62,699 bases of DNA, filler included, from Phoronis australis (GCA_002633005.1; 8 parts of 8 records of this genome joined end to end with filler, not necessarily neighbours in it); one strand, 5' to 3'; shown: positions 12,340-25,705, counted from the first letter of the whole stretch. A program made the numbers and translations. Notes: a model not told the origin generated them from the letters alone.

Positions 12340-12439
12340 NNNNNNNNNNNNNNNNNNNNNNNNNNNNNNNNNNNNNNNNNNNNTTAATTAATTAANNNNN
12401 NNNNNNNNNNNNNNNNNNNNNNNNNNNNNNNNNNNNNNN
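12340..12439. other. Assembly gap with TTAATTAATTAA linker (also 15036, 44523, 51230, 53603, 57339, 60432)
   Basis: Identical 44N + 12-mer + 44N blocks; the 12-mer has stops in all six frames. Confidence 0.95.
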
Positions 12440-12470
12440 TAGAAGAGGTTTCGTTATTCCTCAAATTTAG

Positions 12471-12770
12471 TGCCTGGGAAAATAGTGTTCACAGCGGATT
12501 CTCTAAGACCAAGAACTTTGCACATTGGTGTCACTGAGTTGGATTGCAACGAAAGACATGGCAGCATTACAACGTACGAGTATATGGTCTTCAACAGAGC
12601 ATGCGCGTGTTCATCAGCACGTGTCAGTAGATCAGTTAACTTCACTGCCCTGTCCACGACAATCACAGGACTTGCTCCGAATAGTGTCTACGCTGTAAGA
12701 GTTCGAGCATACACTAGTGCCGGACCAGGTCTTTGGAGTGATGATGTAACGATAAAAACTGCAGTAGAAG
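12471..12770 (+). CDS. Fibronectin type III exon 1 of a receptor-like gene (RPTP/Tie/usherin-like)
   Basis: TTTAG acceptor, G|GTAACC donor, 300 nt, phase 1-1; NGxIxxY-like HGSITTY and GLAPNSVYAVRVRAYTSAGPGLWS. Confidence 0.9.
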
Positions 12771-13752
12771 GTAACCATATTTGATACTTCATCGCGTTTA
12801 TGTAAGCAGCAGTAGCGACTGTCGCTACCGACGGATTTAATAGCAGCGTCCAGAACTGGAATCACTTTTATCCATATCCATGAACAAAAGTATGCTTTGG
12901 TACTTAAAGACTTATCTTACAAATTCTGTCTCCCACCGCATCATCCCCAATTTCGTCCAGCTCCGTCGTTAACAAATTTACGCCCAACAACACTAGTTCA
13001 TTTTTTAGTTGCCACCGCGTCCCTCAACCTCCCAACAATGCCGCCTAACGGTACGTTTTAGCCATGCAATTCGATTGTGTGTTCTGCCTTACGACTTCGC
13101 CATCATGGAGAATTTGGTTCGTGTTTGATAGAGTAAGTTTGACATTTGCTAGTGTAGGTATGGGGGTTGGGGGGGGGCTTCGCCTCAAGCAACACCTCGA
13201 CAGGTGGGCGGTACAGCAGAAGGGGGCGGTACATGCATGGTGACGACTGGGGGAGAGGCGCGAAATTTGTCGTGGCTGGAGGTGACACAGACGGGTTCAG
13301 AAAGGAGGTAATGGCGGAGAGACAGAGCCGTTCTTCTGCCTTGACGTGCTATAATCCTAGCTACGCCATTNTCGCCTCAAGCAACACCTCGACAGGTGGG
13401 CGGTACAGCAGAAGGGGGCGGTACATGCATGGTGACGACTGGGGGAGAGGCGCGAAATTTGTCGTGGCTGGAGGTGACACAGACGGGTTCAGAAAGGAGG
13501 TAATGGCGGAGAGACAGAGCCGTTCTTCTGCCTTGACGTGCTATAATCCTAGCTACGCCATTGATCTGAGCTCATTCCATAAACAGCTCCCGGCAAAAGT
13601 CATATTAAGCACGTGATCATTGCAGCATGATACTAGCAATATAGTTGCCTAGCTGGCTTGGTTTAAATATTGGACGATTAAAATGGAATACCGTAACAAA
13701 GTCGTATATACAAGTGCAAACGCAGTCTTGAAAACGCGTACTTTCTCTTTAG

Positions 13753-14051
13753 CCCTTGGGCCGGTATCAAATCTAACCGCTGAGGAAAATGAGTCCGGGA
13801 CAACAATCACTTGGGAAGCTCCACCTGATTATGGATGTCAGCTCATTGGAATCCAATGGCGGTACCTTTTGCTACCACTTGGACAGTGTAGCTATTCTCT
13901 GGAAGAAGTACCTGCCGAGTGGAATTTCGTCGACAAGTTCACACTATTTGCGACATATTATCCCATTCGACATACATCATCTTCATTAATCCTAGCGGCA
14001 CTTCTTTATCTGGTATCGTCAAAAGTGTCAATGTTACGACGAAGCAGAGAA
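13753..14051 (+). pseudogene. Fibronectin type III exon 2 with a 1-nt frameshift
   Basis: Acceptor CTCTTTAG; N-half PVSNL..TITWEAPP and C-half LSHSTYIIFINP..VNVTT are in different frames; 299 nt instead of 300. Confidence 0.75.
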
Positions 14052-14424
14052 GTACTGACCATTTTGCTATGCGTGCATTGATGTTCGCTAATAACGTCGT
14101 ACAGGAAATCTGAAATGGACCATGTAAAGACCTCATAGTTATGTTATACATTGTTTCTTGTAAGAAAATGTTCAAGATTACCTCCCATCAAATCCCGGAC
14201 AACTGGTTGTTCTAACATCTGGCCTGGGATTGATGACATCTATGGTTAGCCAGTGGCATGTGGCGGTGCGTCTCAGTAGGGACGCGTAGGCTGTTCTGTG
14301 TCAACTCACTTCACCACCAGAAGTGGTGGATATCTACAGAACAGTAATAGGAACAATACATGATGATATTTACTGTATTCAGACGGAGAGCCTCTTACGA
14401 CCGTATTGTTGCGTTTTGTTACAG

Positions 14425-14727
14425 AGCCTTCCGGCAATATAACGTTTTCGTTGGTGTCTTCTGACGCGAGATCTCTGCAGTTGGAAGTCAGTGAACTGAG
14501 TTGTGAGGACAGGAATGGAATAATACTAAACTACGAATATTCCGTTTTCAACAACGGGTCGCAGTGTGCTTCGGCCAGCATCGATACGACGAAAAACTTC
14601 ACGGACTTATCTGTTAACATTTCTGGACTCTTTCCTCACAATTTTTACGTAGTCCGAGTTCGTGCCTACACAATCGCTGGTCACGGCCCGTGGAGCGCTG
14701 CAATGACTATTGCTACAGTAGAAGAAG
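14425..14727 (+). CDS. Fibronectin type III exon 3
   Basis: TTACAG acceptor, G|GTAAGA donor, 303 nt; CEDRNGIILNY and GLFPHNFYVVRVRAYTIAGHGPWS; paralogous to 12471-12770. Confidence 0.9.
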
Positions 14728-14972
14728 GTAAGATCCGACGTTGTTTCGGGGAAGCGATTCTAACAAATGTAAAGAAACAAAGTTGACAAGCACATCTAGA
14801 TTACAGTACTGTAAGCAAATCATTTTGCAGTTTTATTTAACACTTGTTAAGTTTGAAAAACAGCATATGATTCTTACTTTAAAGCAAGGCGTTTCATGAT
14901 TCTAGTGAACATTTCGATTGTGTTAAGGTATCCGAACATCATTAGATGCAAATTTCTTCGTCTTCTCTACAG

Positions 14973-15035
14973 CCCTTCCGTCCGTATTACTGCTTCACGT
15001 TAAGGAAACTGATTCTTCTTTGGAGGTCACGTGGT
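14973..15035 (+). CDS. Fibronectin type III exon 4, 5' part only (cut by gap)
   Basis: CTCTACAG acceptor; ALPSVLLLHVKETDSSLEVTW. Confidence 0.7.
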
Positions 15036-16899
15036 NNNNNNNNNNNNNNNNNNNNNNNNNNNNNNNNNNNNNNNNNNNNTTAATTAATTAANNNNNNNNN
15101 NNNNNNNNNNNNNNNNNNNNNNNNNNNNNNNNNNNAACATTTGACTGCCAAGACCGCAATGGCTCACCTTTGGCCTATTTAAAGATTGAGGTCATGAATT
15201 GGAGCGTGCGCAGTATAAAAAAGTTGAGTTCACGATTTTGGGAACTGAAATAGGGACTGCTCGAAGAAAAAGTTTCATAACGGGAGTATTTGTTCAAGTT
15301 GGAAGGAATTAAACACACCGACAACCTCCTAAGGTGTTCCTCTATGCGCAAAAGGTAGTTGTAACAACGAGACTTTGATGGTTTAGTCGGTGCGAGGCAT
15401 AATTCGCCGAAAAGCTTCCGGCATACAGAGCGCTTATAGTCTCTACATCGCCTCTGCTTCGGGCCAACAGAGGCGATGGTCATTGCCTAGGGCCCAGGCA
15501 AAATTTGTCAAGGCCAGGAAGGCAAATTTAAAAAATGAACAGGGTTGTCAACAACTGATTAAACACCTCAGTAGTTTCCATTCAGAAAAATCTCGTTCTT
15601 TGCTGAGGTCCTGGGTATTATCGACATTCATCTTTGCCCCACCCCTCAGATACGATCGAAGGTTAACAGGCACTGGTTTACTGAATGTGATTGTTGAACA
15701 CCTGTGTGTGGTATTACAATAACAGCATAATACATAAATGTGACCAAGTAATAACTGTACAATGCTAAATAACTGTTCATCGAAATCAAGTAGGTGTTTC
15801 TTATGGTTTTGGTGGCCTAATATCAACAAATATGTGTTTTTGTAGTGTGAAAATCATATCATATTTTTATTGTTTTGAAATACAAATGTGTTTACTGTGA
15901 GGCCAAGACCGCGAGTTATAAAAGTGTACCGTCAGGTGGCACTGAATAGTTAGGCTGCGGTCGCGGCCAATATTTGCACTGCCAAAATGTTGAAATTTTG
16001 GGGGCATTTTGTAGGTGGGCATTGCACGTAGGCTCAGCGAACGTGGTTTGTTTGTATTTGTGAACATGCTGTGAATAAAAAAGGCCACTTTCTCGGCTGT
16101 AGCTGCACTCTTCTTCAAGATGGCGGCCCCCGGCTGCAATTGTGCATTGGGTAGCGACCGAGAAATTGGCTGTGATTTTAGGTAGCCCTCAAACAAGCAA
16201 GAATTGCCAAAAAACCAGTTGGTTGACAGTACTTTTGGACCACATTTTCGGAATCGGTAGGAAATTTGCTTTCAGACTCTAATGTTGGCTTTAGTCGTGC
16301 ATCGGCAGGGCAGTGGTGTTTTTTGGGTGAAAAGACAAAAGTGCTGATTTTTCATTTTTTGCCCTTATTTTTCTTAGTATAGCTTGGTTTTCAGTGGGAA
16401 TGAATAGGTCAAAAATTCGTGAAAGAATAAAGTTTCTGTGCTCATCTGCTGGGCTTTTTATGTGAAATAATTGAAAACATGCCATTCTTTGCATCCTGTT
16501 TTTGACAGAGTGAAGAAAAGTCTAGTTGCCAGGTCCCTATTCAGACCCCATTCAATCCTTCATATCTCTAACAAAAATGATCACACATGGATGATATATA
16601 CCTCAATCGATTTGTAATTGTTCACTCTTTACTCCCGTGCTAAAATTGTTTCGATTTAAGCTTTCATTTTCAAAAAATTTGCCCACAAACGTACTATACG
16701 TGATAGGTTATAAATCTCTCGTTAGTGTGCAGCCATCTTTCAATTCATTAGCTCTCATTACCGACATCTAGCGTTGTAAATTATAACTAAAGTACCGTAC
16801 AAACCCGGATCTCGTTTTTTCCGAGTACATGACTTCTTCATGGCGTGGGAAAATGATGTGAGTAAATAAAGTATCAGAGTTCCCACTGCGACCGAGGGA

Positions 16900-17655
16900 G
16901 TGTGTGGTGGTCACTGGAGGTGGGCCAACCGGGGAGGTTGGGGTGGTAACTCGAGGGAGGTATCCACTGGGTAGGCAACCAGTGGGGGGTGGTGGGTTTG
17001 CTACTGGAGGGGTGCGACCGGGGGGCATTGNNNNNNNNNNNNNNNNNNNNNNNNNNNNNNNNNNNNNNNNNNNNNNNNNNNNNNNNNNNNNNNNNNNNNN
17101 NNNNNNNNNNNNNNNNNNNNNNNNNNNNNNNNNNNNNNNNNNNNNNNNNNNNNNNNNNNNNNNNNNNNNNNNNNNNNNNNNNNNNNNNNNNNNNNNNNNN
17201 NNNNNNNNNNNNNNNNNNNNNNNNNNNNNNNNNNNNNNNNNNNNNNNNNNNNNNNNNNNNNNNNNNNNNNNNNNNNNNNNNNNNNNNNNNNNNNNNNNNN
17301 NNNNNNNNNNNNNNNNNNNNNNNNNNNNNNNNNNNNNNNNNNNNNNNNNNNNNNNNNNNNNNNNNNNNNNNNNNNNNNNNNNNNNNNNNNNNNNNNNNNN
17401 NNNNNNNNNNNNNNNNNNNTGCGGTTGCGGTGGTAAGTTAATTGAGGGGAGTGTCCACTGGGAAGCCAACCATTGGGTGGTGGTGGTGGGTTTGCTACTG
17501 GATTGGTGCGACTGAGGGGGTGGTCACTGGAGGGGTGCGACCGGGGGGGTGGTCACTGGAGGGGTGCGACAGGGGGGGGGTGTCCACTGGGGAGGGAACC
17601 GTTGGGTGGTGGGTTGACGTCTGGAGCAGGGCAACCGCAGGGGGTTGGGGGTAAC
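16900..17655. repeat. G-rich minisatellite of about 29 bp spanning an N gap
   Basis: Unit GGTGGTCACTGGAGGGGTGCGACCGGGGG (e.g. 17521 and 17550). Confidence 0.85.
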
Positions 17656-17674
17656 CACTCGCCGTGGACCTCAT

Positions 17675-18160
17675 GGCATAGGTGCTCCCATTTTAACATT
17701 CTCCTAGCATGAGGTGCTCCCATTTTTACGTTCTAGCATAAGGTGCTCACACTTTGACATTCTCTTAGCATACGATGCTCCCATTTTTACCATTCTAGTA
17801 TAAGGTGCTCCCAGTTTAAAGTTCTCCTAGGGTAAGGTGCTCCCATTTTTACCATTCTAGTATAAGGTGCTCCCAGTTTAAAGTTCTCCTAGGGTAAGAT
17901 GCTCCCATTTTAACATTCTCCTTGGGTAAGATGCTCCCATTTTAACATTCTTGTAGGATAATTTGCTCCCATTTTAACTCCCTCTTAGCATAAGGTGCTC
18001 TAATTTTTAGGTTGTCCTAGCAGAAGGTGCTCCCATTTTAACTCCCTCCTAGCATAAGGTGCTCCCATTTTAACTCCTTCCTAGCATAAGGTGCTCCCAG
18101 TTGAACATTCTCATTACATATAGGGGTCCCATTTTCACATTCTCATAACATAAGGTGCAT
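17675..18160. repeat. 29-32 bp tandem array, about 15 copies
   Basis: Unit AAGGTGCTCCCATTTTAACATTCTCCTAGCAT. Confidence 0.95.
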
Positions 18161-18488
18161 GGCTGAAGTTGCTCATAGAATCAAGTTGTCTTTTCATTGC
18201 ATAAGGTGCTGTACTGTTGACCTTATCATAATCATATTTGTCATTTATGGGTAGAACTTTGTTTTTGAATCTTTCATTTCAATTTTAGATATATCTCAGA
18301 TGTCTTCAGACTTTCCAAAGACATCATCGTGATGAGGAGTTTCCAATAGACTCGTTAAAGTATCCTGTGAGAAAATGAAATAATGGTATCATAAAAGGGC
18401 ACAAAAGTAATGTCAGAGACAAATATAACAGCGAACATTCTCCAAATGTTGCTGCATTCACTTGTAACAATGTTTAAGGAGAAATTAG

Positions 18489-18911
18489 ATCTCATTCAAA
18501 CAACTCCCGTTTGGTACAGCCAGTAAGGAACATGCAGGTGTCTCAAACTTGAGCACGGGGTCAAAGGAAACAATTTTGTTTGGACATTTTCAGGTCCAGT
18601 TTTCTCTCTTCCTAAATCATAGATTCCAACCTTATTCACCCGATATTTTTGTTGAACTCTGGGGAGTAACTTTTTATAGGGATTTTCTATGACCCCTGTA
18701 TGGTTGTATGCCTGCAGCATTACAAGGCGGTGTAATTGGCTATTCTTGGCCATCGAAAGTTGAATTCCAGTCCTCCAATCTATAAAACTGTAGTGAGTGT
18801 AAGCAATTCCGTGATTTTTCAATGTACTCACCTTGCTATCTAGAGATAGTTAGCATATTTGGACAGAAAATCTACCTATCAGGACTCTATGTTTTTATCA
18901 AGCGTAGCTGA
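18489..18911 (+). pseudogene. Decayed coding-like segment, possible upstream exon of the protease gene
   Basis: 140 codons in one frame with only two internal stops (18690, 18783) in AT-rich DNA: FKQLPFGTASKEHAGV..FGHFQVQF..ELWGVTFY..GVIGYSWP. Confidence 0.4.
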
Positions 18912-21146
18912 TGCATTCAAGATGTCAAGTTCTGAGTCAGAGAAATGTTCAATAACATAAATGTTTAAAGAATTAATTCAGGTGTATTTTCAAATATTAG
19001 TTAACATCAATTGTGCTGTGTATGACATAATTGTTTTATTATGTTGGTTTATCAGACAAACGCAGACAGTGAGAGAGCTGGACTGTGCAAACATTAATCG
19101 TTTACCAACTTACATCCTTTGCTATCCCAGTTGAACTGATAATGACAGTTCTGTATTCCAGCTCGCTGATCACTGAAATTGATGCTTGTTCTTTCCACAG
19201 TTATTTGCTGGTGTTTTATCAACCTTCTTGTATTTTATACTCCCTTACTTCTTTTTAAATACCCTGGGCTGGCCTTTACCCTATGCTGGCCTTTTGATGT
19301 CCTGTTTGCTTAGGATACATCTCTTACTCATTTTTCTGTTTAGCCATGTTTTTTGTTTTATTGTGTATTTCATACATTTCAGATCACTGCGTAACTGGCT
19401 TCATTTGAGCACCATGTACCTCTCTCAGTTGCAGGCAGTGTCAGATTATACCAATGTATATACTTTGTTGAGGGGGGAAGGGGTTTTTCAGCCACTGGGA
19501 GATTTTATATTCAAATTGATCTCTCATGACTGCAGGTCTCTAACTCACCAGTACCTAAATTGACCTTTGCCTCTGTTGGTTTTTTCACTGACACTGTCAT
19601 TGCATACTGGAATAAACTGCTGTTTAGTAAGAACTGACCATGATATTTTAGAAGCGGGTGAATCTCGTTCCTTTGTAAATATTTTTATTATGTGAAAAGA
19701 AACTGAAAATTTGTAAAAGATCAGAGTAAATGTTAGTACTTGATTGAGAATACTTTTGAGAATGACACATTGTCTATTTATAGTGGATATGTCAATGTTG
19801 TACACCTCTGCCGAGGTATGTTGAATTGAATTGCTAAAAAAACAATACATTTTCCATAAGAGAAGAAAAGTATTTTAAAAGTGGAACATAATCAAATAGA
19901 AAATGTGATAGCAAATAATTATGAAAATATTTTGCAAGTAAAATGTGTTAAAAATGACAGATAATTTGAGACTGAAATGGGTTTTAAAAAAAATGTGGCA
20001 TAAAACAATTTTGAAAATATTTTAAGAGTAAAAAATATTATGTCCGTTAATTTCAAAACCACAATGAACTTTCTATTAAAAACAAAACTCCTTCGCTTTT
20101 CTGTTCCATTTTTAATGATTTTGAAAATAAGAAGCAGCTGCTAACTGCCACAGGTCATCACTGATGACTTAGAGGTATTTGTGTTCTTTCACTCTCAATT
20201 ATCACTGGAATGTATGTCTGGACTGTGAACACTCATAATAGAATAATTGATAATACTGATACCAAGGAAATTGCACATAACAACAGTGATAAAAGATTAA
20301 AGTGAATTCTCAGACAGGTTAACATCAAAAATAGAACTTTTACAACACTGGTTTGAGACTACAGTGAAATGAAATATGAAAATGGACCCAGCAAATTAGC
20401 TTTTATCTTATGCCTCGTGATTGGTGGAATAATATTTTGGAATTTATTCTGATTGGTCAACTGAATTGCTACTTCATGAAAATCCAGTGTTATTACACCC
20501 ACTTTCACAAGATTCCTGGCTTGAGCAAGTAAATTTTTTACCCACTGGCAGTTTACTCCTGTTGTAATCATGACAGCACTTGCATACTCTACATTACTAA
20601 CTAGATTGTACTTGTTTTTCTCACTAAGTTGTCTAATGTAAATTGAAATTTTAAGAACATGAATCTAAGATGTTGATATGACTGAAAATTGCTTTGTTGC
20701 AGTTTCATGACACTTTAAAATTCTGAGGACATTTGTAATAAAATTTAAATTTCTAATAAATAAGAAGCATACATAAACTATTACTTGTCAGTATGTGATA
20801 ATAGTTATAATTGCTATGTACAAACATATGTATTCAAAATATTTTAATGTTCAATAAGTCTACTGTTACATGTAATACTGAATTATAAATGTGTCTTAAG
20901 CATGTAATATGTTTTTGAGCAATCTTTTAAGTGTTCTTGTTTGCAAAGTGTTCTTGTGTAATTTGGATTCAACATTCTCAAACAATTATTTTTGTAGATG
21001 AATCCGAAGAGAGACCAAAATAGTCGCACCTGGCGAAGGCTATCTGGAAGAGTTAGTATTCAGTGCAATGAGATTGTGGAATGAATTTTTTTATCATTGG
21101 ATGAAAAAATATTGGCATTCACATATAACTGAAGTTATATTGGAAA

Positions 21147-21636
21147 GGCCCTTTCATATTGACTTAACTCCAGTCTGAGCAGAGCATCGACGTAAACAGC
21201 GCAGTTAACTGGACCGTTCATACTGGCTTTGGTAGTTAATGAACATCGTGGTTAACGGTTGGTGACGCTGTCGTCATTGAAGTTATCGCATGCTAAATTA
21301 TTTTTTAATATGAAAATAAGGGAACATTTAGGTGTGCAAAATGACATTAAACTTATTTGTAAATCGATTGGTTATTATTAGAGCAAATATAAGCAGCAAT
21401 TAATGACGGCACTACCTCGTAACTTTTGACGATAACAATGGCACCTGGCGATAACTTCGATTGGTCGGAAGTTAAGCGTTCATACTGCACCGCAGCATCG
21501 ATGCTGCGCTATTAAATCCACCTGTTAACTGCGATGTTAAGTGGAGCTGTTAACTGCAATCCAGGACTGGAGTTAAACGTTCATACTTACCGCAACTCCC
21601 CAAATCATCGCCGCATCGACGTTAGAATGATAGGCC
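21147..21636. mobile_element. PIF/Harbinger-like MITE
   Basis: TIRs GGCCCTTTCAT / ATGATAGGCC; repeated GTTAAC and TTCATACT motifs. Confidence 0.75.
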
Positions 21637-22023
21637 ATTAAGTATGTGCTTTAACACCCCTGGGAGGTCAAATTGGCCAACCACAAAGTTTGGGGGTCAC
21701 CATGGTAATTAGTGAAATGCAAAGGTGCAGTGGCAATCACAGTTACAAGGTCTTAAGATTTCAATGCAGTTGGGAATGCTGCGAAACAGGTAGGCACCAT
21801 TAATGAAATTAGTTTTAATGATTGAGGAAATGGAAAAGTCCTCCGCATAAGATATTTCTAATATCATTTCTAAAATGTTTTGGTTTATTTACAATCTCTT
21901 ATTACAGGAGCATGATGTTTCGATCAGTCATCTCTCTAGGTATTTTTTACTATAATGATTTGTTCAAAAGTTGACTTTTGGGAATTGACTAATCTAATTC
22001 GAGTTTCTTATGTAAATGTTCAG

Positions 22024-25000
22024 GTCACCAAATGGCACAGATGTCATGCTGTTAAGGTTTTGGCAGTATACTTGCCTAAACCTGTCAAGGGGAAGCCATG
22101 TCCCCGGCTTCAGTTTGTTGGTACTAAGTTTGTTGTTGAATTGTCAATGTCTTCTAGAGCTTTTGACAAAGAGCATGTCTTTTGAATTCAACATGGTTAT
22201 TTTATGGTGTTCTTCTCTATACAATTAATGCACATTGTCTTATTTGGAACCCGGAAAGAGCACTGACTCAACTCTTTTCATATGCGCTGCCTCAGAAATA
22301 TACTTGGCATCTAATGGCTGCACGTCTCCAACAAAACAATTCTAACCCAGGCAGTACTGCTTAGTATGTACGCAAAGCTTGCCTAGAGGTGCCTCCACTG
22401 GGTTGGATGCATGAGGCACATCGACTATGGGAGATTACCAAAGGATATACTTTATGGAGAGCTTGCCACTGGAACCAGACATGCAAGAAGCATTATTCTT
22501 CGTTATAAAGATTTTTGCAAGTGTGAGCTGAAGACAGGGAAACCTCACCATTTCAGAATGAGAAGCTGTGGCCTCCGATCGCAGCAGTTTGAGCTCGAGT
22601 GTCAAGCTGTGCACTAAAACTAATGAGCAATGAAGAGAAGTAAAACAAGCACTACTAAAGAGCACAGGCATCAGAGGGCAGCCTCTTCTGATAGTGATCA
22701 AGACAAAGTATACCCCTGTGACACCTGCAACAGAGCATACCACTCCAGAATCGGACTTTTTAGCCACAAGCAATGCTGAAATCCAACCAATGACCAACAG
22801 AGGGTGTATATTCATTGTCTCTCGAGACAGACGGCTCACAACCATTTTAAACCTTGAAACTCACTAAAGCTATGTTGCCCTTATGAGGTTATGCACATGT
22901 AGGATAATTTGAGCCAACTTTGGAACGTCTTATCTCCGAAATCTAATTGGAAACTTTCAAATATTCTGGTTAGGCACTGTTCCAGTGTTACTTGAAAAAT
23001 AAGGCTTTTATTAGATTCAAGAAAAAATCAGAAGTATTCATAAGTAAGGAAAGAAAATGTTGAAAATAGTGTCAAGGCCTCATCTTGAATTTTGGTCATG
23101 TTCCTGATTCCGTTTTTTTTTGCTATTGGTGTACCTTTCATTTTTGCTAAATTTTACTGATTAAAAGGCATGATTTTATGACCCAATTTAAGTCAAAACT
23201 CAAATTCTGCAAACTTTAATTGTAGAGAATAATATATTCTTTTACTCTACTATCTATTACTTTCCTAGTCATTAAACTACATTAAGTCTTAAAGTCTTTG
23301 TTGATACTGAGTAAGCCTTCAAGCTTTTACCATTTGTTTATTTAGGGAGTGATTGTATGATGTGCTTAATACTCGTGATCAAAGATGCCATGAAGCAGCG
23401 TAACCTGCATTATCAACAGGCTCCAGCTAGTAAGTAACTTTTTTTCGTTTACTGGTTACTTGAAAAGTTCAACGTTAAGTGAGAACTAATCACGCTGGAA
23501 AAGCATTAAAGTGGAACTTGCAGGCTAATTCCTTGTTTCCGTGATCAACAATATGAATATGAAGTAGGTTGAAAATTACCAATTGTTTTTAAGATCTAGT
23601 TTTGTGTTCAAAATGATCTACCGTAAATCACTCAACCATGTTCAGTCAGTATTGTGACACGGTGTTGGGGAATAGCACTGCATGATGGTGGCTGTGTGAG
23701 CACCCAAGGTACATCATTTGTACAAGGGTCAACTATTTGCAAAATTGTCAGTGAATGCAACTGCATTTTGTTTAGCGTAGATGATATTGAAATAACATTG
23801 TTGTTTAGTTTCTGCTATACATTAGCATAGTTAGGAGGATAAAAAAAAGACCTTTAATCCTCGGAATACCAAAACAGACCTGGCAAATCTAAGGTTTAGG
23901 GTATTAGGAGGATGTCTTTTATAAATGTGATGTACCATGACAATCACATTTTCTTTGTTTTTCACATATTGTGAATAAGGACCACATAAAACATAGATTC
24001 ATTGACATTGGCAAGTACCGACATGTGTTACTTCTCCGTGATTGTTAGGTAATTTGTCTACATTTGTGAAAATTTATAGGCTTTCCGGATATAGAACCAT
24101 CACAAATAAACACCTGGGCTCTGGTCACACGGCGGAAGGTGGTTACTAATTTGGTGAAAGAGTATTGTAAGTTTAATTACTTGTACTTACTAACTTGTTG
24201 ATAACATATCATAAACTCTTGAAAAAATTCAGTTTACTTTGGTAGATGTTATGTTGAAATGTGAGTAAGGTAACCTTTTAACACACAGGGCACTTAGCCA
24301 ATTATCTTCAAAACTGTGGACTGTACCTAAATTGGTAAAAGTACGTGTTGCACTTTAGTAAATTGCCATTGTGCTTTTATGACTTTCAAGGTTTATTCTT
24401 TTCGTAAAATCATTTAATTCCTATTTTCGATTGCACTTCATGCAAAATTGCATTATTTTAGAAACTATTCATAACATTGTGTTTGTCAAATTTGGACATA
24501 CTAGGGTATTCAATAACCAGAGGTACGTGCATAATTATTCGCTTCATTGGCAACTATTGTAAACTTTGTCTTTCGGGTTTTATGTTGACCAAGCTTGCCA
24601 GTTCAATGCAAGCACTCTATACTGGTGCACTCATTTCAACTATTTAGGTTGAACTTTTGAAATTTCAGGTAACTGATTTGTTGCGCAGTGCTTCTTTCTG
24701 TTTGGTAGAATTTTATTATTATTTGCATTCACCTTTCTCAGCAGAGAAATCCCACTTCACATTTAAAGGCAACTGTGTTGTTACAAATTACATAAATTAT
24801 TTTCCTTATCTGTTTTCTGTTGTTGCATTCTCTTTCACAGTGAAGTGCTTGAATGGTCATGAAGTGCGTTATTGTTGGGATGAAGATAACCAATCTGGGT
24901 GGTGGCCAGAGAAAATAAAATACATGTCGCCAAATGAAAGACGAAAAGGTAGTGTATGGTATTTCACTATTTAAAGTTACTCATAAAGAATTACTTTAAC

Positions 25001-25705
25001 TCAATGCACTAAGTTTGTAATACCGGTGCAGAAGGTATTCCAAGACTTCAAGCATGAAGAGTTGTGTTTAAAGTAAATACACCTTTTAATGTGTATGATT
25101 GTATGAAATTGAGGGAGTGGACCCATTTGTTGAGGGATTTGTAAACGAAGTTTTGTGAAAGAAACAATTGCTTAGTAGTGGCTTATTCTCCAGTATGGTT
25201 GTTTATCCATTTGTTATAACCTATTCCGGAAATGCTCAGAACCATTCTGTGGAGTTATGTGGAAAGCTAGCCCTTTTTGAACTTTTTCTTTTCAAATTTG
25301 AACTTTTTGTTGAGAGTTACTCACAAAAGGCTCTCTTTTGTAGAGAATCATGTTGGAAATGGCACTATTTTGTAGAGGAACTGACTGAAAAACTCACCCT
25401 TCTGATCGATATGTCCCGTATACTTCTGCTATGGGATTGTTTGTGTACTAATGAGAGCTTTTGAAATATATACATCTATTAAAATACGCATGTCTGCTCC
25501 TGATAGCTTTGCTAAGAACCATCCATCCATCGATATCAGAACTATTTGTGTTGGTAAGTGTCAAAGTCCGTATGCACTTTCACAATTTTTGTGCTTCAGT
25601 ACTTCATGTTGAGATTTATTTTCTTTTATTTGTGTTTATATTATAGCTGACAGCTTATCTGGAGACGATCTCCTTTAAGTTGTGGTCTCATATGCAGCTT
25701 GGAAG
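22024..25705 (+). pseudogene. Phase-compatible exons encoding the C-terminal half of a first C48-like protease domain plus a PWWP/Tudor-like segment
   Basis: Exons 22024-22120, 23346-23429, 24080-24166, 24841-24948 and 25647-25705 have canonical AG/GT and matching phases; they give PCPRLQFVGSDCMMCLIL (QxxxxDC), FPDI..TRRKV and YCWDEDNQSGWWPEKI; in-frame TAA at 25676. Confidence 0.65.
22240..22840 (+). mobile_element. RTE-clade LINE 3' fragment (intronic)
   Basis: HWVGCMRHIDYGRLPKDILYGELATG..RYKD and CDTCNR..SRIGLFSH C-terminal motifs, frameshifted. Confidence 0.85.

Noticed and set aside
12384-12395. TTAATTAATTAA recurring seven times
   Set aside because: Always centred in 100-bp N blocks; a scaffolding linker, not biology
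13167-13616. 149-aa ORF with an internal repeat
   Set aside because: Exact 190-bp duplication across the single N at 13371, i.e. a contig-overlap artefact within a repeat
15240-16545. TIR element bounded by CTGAA(A)TAGGGAC inverted matches
   Set aside because: The match is short, there is no TSD and no coding remnant; probably a repeat, but unclassifiable by eye
16768-17515. Long Gly/Pro-rich ORFs (also X-filled ORFs at 42083-42515 and 46049-46381)
   Set aside because: Read-through of minisatellite sequence and N gaps
17675-18160. CRISPR-like regular repeats
   Set aside because: Units are head-to-tail with no unique spacers, there are no cas genes, and the context is eukaryotic
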